Below, piece after piece: positions 42,901 to 54,900 of a stretch of DNA of 64,000 nucleotides. The translations under genes and the position numbers were made by a program. The number at the start of each line of letters is the position of its first letter. Positions within the stretch are counted from its first letter, which is position 1. The notes beneath the pieces were generated by a model that made no database searches, was not told the origin of the DNA, and saw only the letters and a program-made list of their open reading frames with translations. The DNA lies in the NCBI GenBank assembly GCA_030141605.1, contig JAQGDQ010000063.1, forward strand, positions 1 to 64,000, given 5' to 3'. This DNA comes from Tubiluchus corallicola (Eukaryota; Animalia; Priapulida).

Positions 42901-45900
42901 ATTCCAAACCAAACATTTTGGATGATGATACTGAAAGCAGTACTTCTGAGGACTCCGAGGGGTTCGGCACTCCCTTTATCAACAGTATGTATTTTAATTT
43001 TAAAAAAATCTGTTACCATTTTTGGCAAGTGTTGTAGTAGTTTCCACTAGGGCTGGCCCAATCTTACTATGCATTTTAGGTCAATTCTGTAGATTTACTT
43101 TAATTTGGCTCTCAAATACCTTTAATACTAATTAATAGCATTTAAATTCTGTTCCCATTAGACCAATAATTTAAAAATAAAAGACTTGACTTTTTGGACA
43201 ACAGTTTGCCTAATTCTCGGAATTTATCGAACACTCTCGTATCACCTTTCTCCCTGTGAAAACTGATCGTTACCGTAACCGTAGTGCTATTTTGCTAGAT
43301 TCATTCATTGACTCTATCTGTCACGTATGAATAGTGCCTTGTTGACTTTGGACAGCTGACATCAAGGTTGTAAACGTGACATCTTTGACAAACATTCATG
43401 TACTAGAAATTTAAAGATGCTATCATTTACGTTACGTTCAACTAAATTTAAGATCAAATAATCGGTGCTAGTTTTGAATTGTATGGCAACGGATATGGTT
43501 GGAGTAGAACATATGGCAAGAGACAATAGTTCGTTTTCAACAGATCTCCTCTGTCTATTTAAAGCAAATCTTTGCATTAGTACAATTAAGTAGTGCGTCG
43601 AAGATAAGCATTATGTACTAATTGCACTTACTTCTCCAGTTACTGTAATTTATGACTTCTTATCTCTTCATCAGCGATTCGTGTAATTCCCGTTGGGTGT
43701 GTGTCTAGTCTCTCACCATAGCTTGACGCGTGACGGCTGTACTCGTTATACTTAGGGTGTTAGGGTGTGCTTATGGCTCATGTTAGGGTGTGTGTATGTA
43801 ACTGTATATAGGGCCTATTTCATTTGCGAATGATATAATTTTCTGGCAGCTGACATGACATTTATAATTGTCGGTCATGTAAATATTTTATAAATCTTGT
43901 TAAACATTGGTTTCAGCGTAACTTCACACAAATTTAAATACTTTGTACTAATGCAATAATAGTTCGTATGTTGTTTATTGGATTAACTGTTTCGTAATTG
44001 AAAATTATGATCGTGAATATATGTGAAAGTAAATTTAATTAATTAAAATTGTGAAAAACTTCGTGATAAACAGAATAATTAACTATAATTGTGTAGTTAT
44101 TGTTTTAGATGAGACCACATAAATAAAAGCTTCTCACTGCAGTTTGTCTGTTCTTCTCACCAGTAGGAGGCGCATGTAGATGCCCATGTGACTGTTGTGC
44201 AATTCCTTTTGTTGTATTTTTGTTATGTATTAATGATTCTAAAACATTCAGTGCCGTCAGGTAGTCAAGTTTTGCCTAAAGTTATCTTACTGTCAGCTGT
44301 TCCCTGTTTAAACGCTTTATTGGTCTATTGTATTCAAATTCTCTGAGAATCTCAGAAATGTACTTCCTACTAACATAGGTAAATAACATAGGATATGTGT
44401 ACACAAAATATATGCATGTAAGAGCTCCCTTCTAAGAATTAGTTTACTTTTATACTGCACTTTGTTTTCATGTAGTTTATATAATAACTTGTGCGCTTAT
44501 GAAAAATACTCGAGTTTTTGTAAAAGTCACTTATTTCTATAATGCTCAGTACCTGAGCACTACATAACGCTTAGGTAGTTTGATTGCGACAGGTCTCGGA
44601 TGAAATGCTGCATTTTTATTACAGACAGATTCTAAAAGTTGCCCACTTCGTTGTTTGTACTGGGCAACTAATTCTGTACAAGTGAAGATGAACTTTATAA
44701 TAGTGTATACAGACATGCAATGGCAAAAAGCTGTGTAAAATAATTTGGAAATATTAAGACCAAGTCATCGTAATCACTAATTTCCAAATATTCATAACGT
44801 ATACTTTGCTCAAAGTGCTTGTAAGTGTATTATAAATAGATAAAATTCACATTACATTGTAAAGCATGATGGTGAAAGTCGCTTACATTATTTTGGACTT
44901 TGCCTATACGTGTCTTCGTTAAGATGGATTATTTCAATTTAATTAAAGTAATTAAGTTGTAATTATGTTGTTGCCACAATAAACACATGCGGTGCTCTCT
45001 TAATGTCCAAATTAAAACTATTGTTCTCCGTTTGCTAACTTTTCTCATATACAGATTTGATGTAATGCCACATAATTGTAAATTTATCAATTATTTATTT
45101 ATTTTGTCTTAGGGGCGCTTTGGTCAAAACGGTTTGTTGTAGATCTTGACATTGCGCATGCGTACTTACTAATTAATTTAAATAAGGACTACTGATTAAT
45201 AATTAAACGCTTTCTCTCCACCTAATGCAGTTGCTTAGATCTTTCTCATTTTATTTCTAGCCAGGAAGCCACTCCTGTTTGCAGTGATCAGTAAAGCGTG
45301 AAATTAAGCCATGTTGTGGATTGAATTGTTGTTGATTTGATCTTTGTTGATTGTGCTTTTAATAGAATTATATTGTAAATGACTAACTTGACCCCTCAAG
45401 GCTGAAGCGAGCAGGATAAATTGTTAATTTTGTTCCCTGAAAATGTGTTTGATCAGACTTTGAATTTACAGGTACGTCATTTAGAAAATGTTAACAACAT
45501 CGGTTTTAACATGACAAAAATCATGGCAAAATGTTAGGACAATTAATTCGATTAGTATACAATGTATTTTGAATGTTAAAGTAATCTGGAGTGATGCCGG
45601 TAACTGCCACTACGCGACGCCTCAGTAGACGATATGAATTTTTGACCGACCCAGTGGAAATAGTTAATTATCAATGGCAAATGATGAAACAAGATGTACT
45701 ATTCGAATGCAGGTGTGAGTAGGTTCCAGCAGAGTTTATGCACAAGTGTGCCTGCTCATGCACAGTGTGCGTTGTGCACAACCATACTAGCGGCACTATA
45801 GTTACAACAAGGAGCTGAGTACTTGAGAGACTATGTCCATTGCTGTTACATATTTCATTAGTATATCATAAACCATAAGTTAACTAAAAAACTGCTTTAA

Positions 45901-48900
45901 TAACCTTTACACAGCACAATAATAATATATGGCAAAAACATTTCGACAGTCTTTATCAGTTTGGTGGAGCACAGAACTGAAATTAAGATGTTCTAAAGAT
46001 TGTGATGACATCTGCTTATAATTCAAGCAGCCACAACAGCCAGTGAGAATGCCATTTTATTGAAGACTAGCATCCATCAATTTGCACGTTTCGAAAAAGA
46101 GCAACTACAACAGTCACTGAGAATATCATTTTATTGAAGACTGGCAAACGTCTGATACTAATCGTCAACGTCTGAATTCTGTGGTTATTGTAGCCGTTTT
46201 AATTATAAGCTGATATCATCACAATCTGTAGTCATCTTTTAAATTCAACATTATTTGTGCTCCGACAAACTGTTGAATGGCTTGGAAACGGCTTTGTGTA
46301 TATATTATTATTGTGCCTTGTAAGGGCTGTTGAAGCAGTTTTTTGTTTAATTTGTTGATTTATGATAGTGGAACTCAAAAATGTTTGTTCATTCAGTTTT
46401 TATTTACAATTTGTAGTCTTCATGTGCCAAGTCCGGACTGCGAATATCACTTTTTGTAGACGAAATCTTATCTTACACGAATTCTTAATTTTTCCTTTGC
46501 ACACAAATCATTGGTTTTACACAAACAATTACCGTTATTTTTCATCTCTTTTTTTTACACAAGACTGGTGTGCATTGTCATTGTGTGTCCTGTTTCATAA
46601 TGTCTCAGTCTCTGCATGTTCCACAGGGTTATTGGGGATTTGTGCTTGTTTTTGCGTAGTGCATTGCATATTGTCAGTCACAATTTGTCATTTTTCCATG
46701 AATTTCTAGGTTTCTGATAAAAATATAGAAAAACATCATTATTTTTATCATATTAGTTTTTGGACTGTTAAAAATATAGTATATATGAGGTAATAAGAAA
46801 ACTGGTATTTCTTGTATTTTGGTCCTTTTGACTGATAGTTATTAAATAACTTGTTACACATCTTTTTTGCAAGCATTTATATCCTGTTAATTCTGCAAGT
46901 GGCCAGTATACTTTTTGCAAATGTGCAACTTAACTATTTTGATCATGTTTTTTTATTTTGTTTAGGTGGTGAAACGCTCAAATCTAAATTTGAGAGATTT
47001 GAACATGCAGCAGAGTTTGATAAAAAAAAGGAAGAGGAGAGGCGAGAGCTTCAAAGAATCAAATCAGATGCTGCAAGACGCGTGCGTATGCCTTTGAGGT
47101 AAGTGACGCTACCGTGACATCACAAAAACGTCATTAATTTTGGTCCCATTTTTATGAACTTTTACTCCAAGACTATAGTAGCTTGTTATATATATATATA
47201 TATAGTCATTTCAAAACAAATATCAAAAAGCAATATATGAATCTTGAAAACATTGGATGAAAGCTATTATATGATAATACTTTCTCAACAGAATAACTTG
47301 CTGTTTTATACGAGAACTTGTTTATTCCATCATAAAAAAACTCATAATAGTTTGTAACTTTGTGTTTTGCAAGCAAATGGAGTTAAAAACAAGAAGAGTT
47401 TTGTAATGGAACTTTGGGAAGGAAGTGTGGCCTTCAGCAAACCTGTTCATTATTTGATAAGACCTTGAGCTGTTATCATCAATAATCGTTCAATATAAAC
47501 TCATCAAATGTAAGACGTCAATAGCAGGGTGGCCATATCCAGGGGATCTTTCAGTTGTGATTCCATAGATTGCTCATCGAGTATTATAGGAGTATTGTGG
47601 TTTTTCTTGTTATTCCCATCCAGCAATATCCCATACGTTTTGTCAACTTTCTCTTCCCGTCACTCTTTTTCTTGTTTAGGGTTCCCCATTGACCTTGAGT
47701 TCCTGATTGCTTTGCCACAATCCGCTTTTAAGGTCTGTAGATCATCCTAGTTTATTAGTTTGTATAACGCGAAGTCGGTGTGTTTGGTTGAGGAACTGTT
47801 TGTTCGTTTCTCCTGTTTGTTCGCCAGTTTATGGTCGTTTGCGCACGTCATTAAATCTAGTTAATTTGATGATGTGACGCCACTGTCGCTCTCTTCATTC
47901 GATGTGCAAACTTTCGTGCATATCTGCGTGTAAAATGTGAATTTTTGTTCGATTGCATCAATAATATTAGAAGGTGAATGTCTCCTTTGTGCAAAGACGT
48001 GATTTCTCGTTGACCCAAGATGGAAGTTTAATTAGCATTAAATAGTGTTGACTGCTATTGTGTGCAAATCGCTTGAGAAATCTAGTAGCACCTCTATATG
48101 TGTGGCGTACCAATTTTGTGTTAATTCCATCTAATAGCTGTAATCATTGTAATCAAACGGCTTTTGCGTGATCGAATGGCAAGTCCTGAGAAGTACGTTT
48201 GATTTTTAGCAATGTCTGTCGGATATTTTACTGTATAAACCTCTACAAATTACTTTCTCAAAATTTTAAGCAATCGCAGTATTGTGTATCTTAGTAGCTG
48301 CACTGAATAATTAATCTTTTCTCTATTAAATTTTATTACGTTTTGGTTGTTATGAATACGAATAGAAAATCGGACAGTATTTTCGTATGTTCTTTTAACT
48401 TGAAATTTTGCTACTTGTTATAACCCTACTGACACCCTACTGACTTTATTCGGAATACTTTTTTTTCTTATTCTATAAGGTAAACCCACCTTTTATTTTG
48501 CAAAATTGTTCAGCTTGGCAGATGTCGAAGGCTAGGCGTAACAGCGAGTTGAGTTAGCTGCTTTAATATGCTTTAAAATCAATTATTTATAAGCAACTAC
48601 TGAACGGTAGATGTGTGATTCCATCGTCTTTTCATTTCAATGACTTTGCTTTTCATTCTTGCGTGATACGTGCCTAGCAAGCGTTTTTAAATTAGAGTTT
48701 AATCAGCTGAAATTAGCAACTTTGTAAAAGAATCCAGGCAAGCAAGCAAAAATCAGCCATCACATTTTAAAAAGAAACCAGTAACCAGAGAATTCAGCAT
48801 AAACTTTGTTTGCATGGTGTTAAGTTGACAAGTTAATTTTGTCGATGATTTGTCTTGTTTTTTGAACGTTTGTGACGTATGTTGCGCAGAAACTCACGCA

Positions 48901-51900
48901 AATATGCAATCAGTTCTGCGTCAAATTAACTATCTCAGTACAGTATCGTGGCATTAATTACCTGATTCTCTGGCATCGACTGGGATGACGCGTTACCTGC
49001 CTGGCAGCCTCATCTGTACGTCACGTGATCAGCGGAGTTATTACCTTGGATTCAAGGGGACGGGGATGACCCAACTTTCGTCAAAAGTGATAATTTAGTA
49101 TTAACATTTTTATAATTTTCGTAGTAAAGTTATTGTAAATGTTTTTGCTTCATCAAGCTTGCTGTAACACATTAGCGTTGTAAGCCCAGGGTTGCTTTTG
49201 TGGTTGCTAACACCGCTTGCTGCCATGATTTGCTATCAATTATTGATGCACACATTAAAAATTCACATTTATCAGCGCAGCTGTGGAAGTGAGTTCCTTC
49301 ACAGTACATTTACATGGCGGTGTAGTGTAACATGGCGAGGTGTACCTGTGCGTAGTTTCTAGTACCTTGTTTTTTACGTGCTGATAGCTAATCGATCACC
49401 ATGGCGGAATCTTTGAAGATTCTTCTCAGCAGTCCAACAATGATTATCTGATTTAATGTGGAAGGCGAAGTGAGGGCTTCGTTCCCACCTCAGTGCGGTT
49501 TACTTATAAACAGTTAGAGACCAACATGAATAAATCAAAATCACTTTATAGAGGACAAGGCAAAGTCAAGTGCATGTGTGTAAAATGCCTCTTGAGGTCT
49601 GATTTTTGTTTTCATGTTATTTTTGAAGAAAATCTATGTTTTCTGTGTTTTGTAAAATTCTCGTAGTACCTTTATGTTTTAAGAGCCACCAAAACCATTT
49701 TGCTTCTTTGCATTTTGCTTTGTAAATGCTTGCCATTTGCTAACATTAGCAATTGTTTTTCACTGTGGACATGTTTGACTTAAGTTTTGTCTATAACATG
49801 ACGCTGACATATATTTTGGCAAGTCTATAAAATTTCATTACAACAAGAAGGTAAAAATAATCGACTTTGTCTCTCTCAAATTAAACCTAATTAAAACATC
49901 TATTAAAATCAGTGAACATGTTTTAGATTGCTTTCTAATGAAGGTGATGAGGAGCCTGCAGAGGTCAATGGAACGAGCGCTGATGATGAGGTTAGTGAGC
50001 TACCTTTGACAAAATTTTCATTTATTTTTCTATTGATCGTTATTTCGATACTAATTATGAAGTTATTGATTAGCAATGTTTTCTGCTCAGTTTGCTGGTC
50101 ATGCAAAACCGCTATAGGACCTTAACAAAGTATCTGTTGGTAACATAATGCTTTTATGGTAACTCTATAGTGTGCATGCAACCCAATGTCACTGTTATCT
50201 CTATGGCAGTGTGTAATTCACGTGAATAGATCCGTGACACCTTGGCGACCAGTCGCCAAGCATTAAATGGTCAATTAATCCCATGGAAGTAATTTCAGTT
50301 AGTATTTCTTAAAATCGTGCTCTCCTGAGTTATTGTCAGTATTCTCATTTGATTTGTAAATGTGAGAGCTTATTACCCATCTTTATATTTTATTAGAATA
50401 TAGTCATTCAATATGTAGGTCAGCTGCACAACACTTGCTATTCATTATATGAAATAGGGTTGGATTTAGATCTTGGGGTGTCTGGAGCACTTCAGATTGG
50501 GGGAAAAACATAAAACATGAAGTTAGCAATTGCCCAACAATCACCCCCCCCCCCCCATAAATCTGGCCCTGCTTGACATTAAAATTAAAGTATTTCCCAA
50601 GTCTTGATCATTCAATGAGAAAAATTGTCATCGATAGTCCTATACTGCTTTATTTTGTTGGAAAATCTCACAATATTAGCATTAAAATTAAGACTAATCT
50701 GGCAATATGATCTCAAAGTAGATCTTGTTGTGAGAAAATCTGTTAATTTTGATAATATGTATTGTGAAGTAAACCTTGATAATGTGAAAAACAGCAGCAG
50801 AAATAAAATTGTTTTATGTGTCTTAATTTGGTTGCATATTTTCTGCTGTTTGTTTTGGATTTTTTGACATTTATTATAGATATTACTTTCTTGTAGGATA
50901 TAATACCTTGTGCAGAGTTGTCATCTCTTAAGTCTAAGTTTGAGATGGGAATTGAAGAGAAGCAAGTAAAGAAATCTGTAGAACAAATCAAGTACGAAGG
51001 ATTGACAAACATAAAAGGGAAATTTGAAGGAGGTCCAGCAGATGACTCTGAGGAGAAAAAAGCTGCACATAAACAACAACAATTGCAGGTCTGTAGATGT
51101 CTTATGTTTCATAAAATTTTTGAACTAAAAGCTAGTTCTTTTGTACTTAAATCATATTTAGGCTGTGCACAACATTATTGGTACTTGGCACATTGTTATT
51201 TACTAACTAGTTTTCTATCATTTGTAAAAATGTTTTGCTAGTATATTGCATGATGTTGATGTATTGTGAAGTACAGCACCTTTCTGTTACCTTGTGTAAG
51301 TCACATACTACATTACTTTCTACTTTTCAGTTTGAGTTTTTTATGTTTGTCAGTTTTTAATGTGAATCTGTATGGAAATGCTATATTTCCTAGCTGTGGC
51401 TAATGTGAATGTGCTACTTTTTAGGAGGAATTTGAACGACTGAAAGCTGAACGAGCAAAAATGGGTGACTTAGATTATGTTCCAGAAGTGCAAAATGAGA
51501 TTGTTGAAGTTGAAAAAGAGCTGAGGGCTATCAAAGAGACAAAAAGTATCCTGGCAAAATTTAAAACAATGGAAAGCCTGCAAGATGAGGTAGGAGCTGA
51601 GCATGGAATGCAAACAAATGATATGCGTGTACCAGAAGAACAACTGCATGAAATAATAACTCCTGTCAGTATAGATGGCATGCTCGAGCAAGATGAAGCT
51701 ACGCGTGTTAAACAAACAAAACGACAGGCTATAGCCAAATTTAAAGATTTAGAAAGTGGTGTGAATACTAACATGCATGCTAATGTGGACATTAAACCAT
51801 TTTCATCAGATAGTGAATCAGATACTGAAAGTACTCAGGAAAAAGAAAAAAACCGATTAGCAGAGCTAGAAAAAATGGCCTTGTATGCTCAAGAAACAAA

Positions 51901-54900
51901 ACGGACTGCCCTAGAAAGGTTTAAATCCCTAGAAAGTGGCCTTATTAGTACTGATGATACCTGTGATAGTTATGCGATTCCTCCTATAAGGTCAATTACG
52001 CCACCCCCAGACTTTCGAGGCTATAGTGAAGAAAATGAGGAGGAAGAAGTTGGTGCAAAGCAAACAGAACTGGAAAGAGAGAAAGAACTTGCTGAAGCTA
52101 AAGCTTTTGCCCAAAAAACAAAGCGGGCTGCACTTGAACGATTCAAAAACATAGAAGCAGGTTTAGAAACTGAAGCTAATAATGACAATTCTACAGCACC
52201 ACCACCTTTACGTACCATCACACCTCCACTCGAAAGTGGATACAACTTTGATGGTGATGGTGATAATGTGGAAGAAACAGATCTAAACGTTATAGAATCA
52301 CTGAGAGAGAAAGAAATAGAAGAAACAAAAGCTTTAGCACATGAATCAAGGAAAGCAGCCCTGGCTAGATTTAAATTATTAGAAACAAATGCTGCAAAAA
52401 CATCACAGAGATCACATTCTCCATCAAAATGGCATGTAAATATACCTTATCAGCAAAAATCCAGTTCTGCCGTATTATTGGACAAAGATAACGGTGGCGT
52501 AGATGTGGCTTCTGCTGAAATCGATGCTATCACAAATGTGGATGATGCTTTGGTATATGTGAAAGGAACGCGACAAGCAGCTCTGGAAGTATTCAGTTCC
52601 ATTCAAATTCAAGAAAATGAGAACAAAAAGAAAAATGTACCTCCACCAGTAAGATCTATCACGCCACCTCCAGACTATGTGGCTCCTATTGATCTAGAGC
52701 TACCACCAGAAAGAAATGAGATACTAGAACAGAAACCAAAAGAAAAAGAATTAACTGAAATCAGTGGTTATGCTCATGCAACTAAAGTCGCTGCTCTGGA
52801 AAGATTTCGAATGTGGGAATCTGGAAAACATGAAATACAGAATGTGGCCAATAATAAAGAAGCACTACCACCAGTGCGTTGCATTACCCCACCTCCGGAG
52901 GGTGCACAATTACAAAATCTAATTTCAGAAAGTTCAGACACAGAAAGTGGAGCAGAAGATGAAGATATAAAGAAAACACTGGAGTTTGCCAGAGGAACAA
53001 AGCAATCAGCCTTACAACGTTTTCAATCTTTGGAGCAAGGATTAATAAATGATGAACAACCAGCAAGAATGGATCCACCCCCAATAAGAAGCATCACTCC
53101 TCCACCTGACTGCAATGCCTACTTGGCAGATTCAGACTCTGCCAATTCTGATGATGATCGAGATGAAAAGGAAAAAGAGCTAAAGGAAACCTTAGATTGT
53201 GCTAGAGAAACTAAGCAGGCAGCACTGCAAGTGTTTCAGAGACTACAGTCCGCCGAAAGACCAAAAAAGGCTGCACCGGCGTTTCATCGTATAACACCAC
53301 CTCCAGATGACAATCTTGATTCTGGTGTTGAAGATCTTCACTCAACTCTTGAACTTGCTCCAGAAAGAGAGCCAGTTGATATGGATCCTGAAGACAGAAA
53401 AGTTATTGAACAAGTTAGGGAAACTAAACAAATAGCACTAGAACGTTTCAAATCTTTAGAAAGCAGCGTGTCGCGAGGTGCCGACTACTCCCAGTCGCCT
53501 TCGCAGGTTAATCACACGGACAAATACATCAAAGTGCCAAACCGATCTCGAAGTACAAGTGGTGAATCCGGGTCCATTTCTCTTCCATCTCATCAGGATC
53601 AAGTGGAGAGGATTAGTGAAGTGATGGTTGTCAATGATCAACATCATCATGAAAGCAGTACACATGAAATGAGCTTAGACGTACTAGAAGAATTAGAACA
53701 GGTAAAACAAAGCCACACTGTTAATTCTGTAAAAGATGTTTTTCAAGGTCATCAAGAACACAATAACCCAAATCATTCTGAAGAAACTTTGAGAAAGGTT
53801 TTACAAGAAATAGAGCTCGTTGCACTAGAGCAACCTCGCCCGGTAAGTCCACCACGCCCAAAACCCAGACGGCATGTGTCCAAACAAGATGCGATACTAA
53901 GTGAGTGTAACAACATAAAAGAATCTAAATTAGCTGCTTTGGAAAGGTTTAAAATTCTCGAACAAAAGAATAAACCTAGTTTAGATAAAAAGTTGAGTAA
54001 GTCTTTGCCTGCTTTTAACTCGACTCATTGGGAGCGAGATGTTGAAATCATAAGCAAGGAGCATTAGTATGCAATTTTACTGCTGACTGATAAGCCATTT
54101 ATAAAATGATATCATGCTCCTTGAGCTTTCTAATTAACTATTAATAATAATTGAGTAACAATAATAATAATAGCTCAGCATGGGACCAAGTCCGATATCA
54201 TCATCATGCCATTACCTGGGCCTTGAATTGTAACTAATTTAAATATGTAGGACAAAAATAGGTCTCATAAGCAAGAAAGTGTTTATGTAGATTATAAATA
54301 TACATTATTAATACAGAAATATGATATTTTAGTCTTTTTTATACAAATCGGACAATTACATTTTGTAAATATAGTAGTAGTGATCGGGAGTCTTTTAATG
54401 GGTCAGTAACTATGTAAATTATTCTATGCAATCTCATTTGTGCAACACCTTTTTTTATTTATATGCAAATGTATCACTTGCTTCACGCTTGTACTGTGTA
54501 TTTACTGTTATCTTATTTACTGGCAGAAATTCATGCATAAATATTACAACAAAGTGCTATTAGCGTTTGTTTTTACTATAAAATTTTGTCCTATGATCAT
54601 TATTCAATTTAAATTCAATATACTAGTCATATTGCTAGACCATTTTCCTGCTTTGTGTTTAGGGTGCATTGTCAGTTTCTCTAACTAAGTTAAGGACTAC
54701 TGACGTATCATTTCCGCCTATAAAAATTGTAATAATAGTTTATTTTGCAAGTTTCAGATTGTTATTATCTAGTAAATGACAATGAATTCTGGTAATATTG
54801 CTACATTTGACATTTCAACATTATTGTTTCATATCTTGCAAATAATTTAACAAAAATGTCTTTATCTAAGTTAGGTCATTTGTTATTAGTAAAATTGTGT

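Noticed and set aside
45681-45720. Possible extra phase-1 first exon (MMKQDVLFECR, donor GTGAGT)
   Set aside because: Too short to distinguish from chance without transcript data.
47770-47830. GIY-YIG/Penelope-like 'GET' motif on the minus strand
   Set aside because: No YIG or downstream R..EH pattern; the family could not be supported.
51461-54067. 868-aa ORF as a stand-alone intronless gene
   Set aside because: The frame is open upstream to a good acceptor at 51424 in phase with exon 50897-51088, and it shares motifs with flanking exons.
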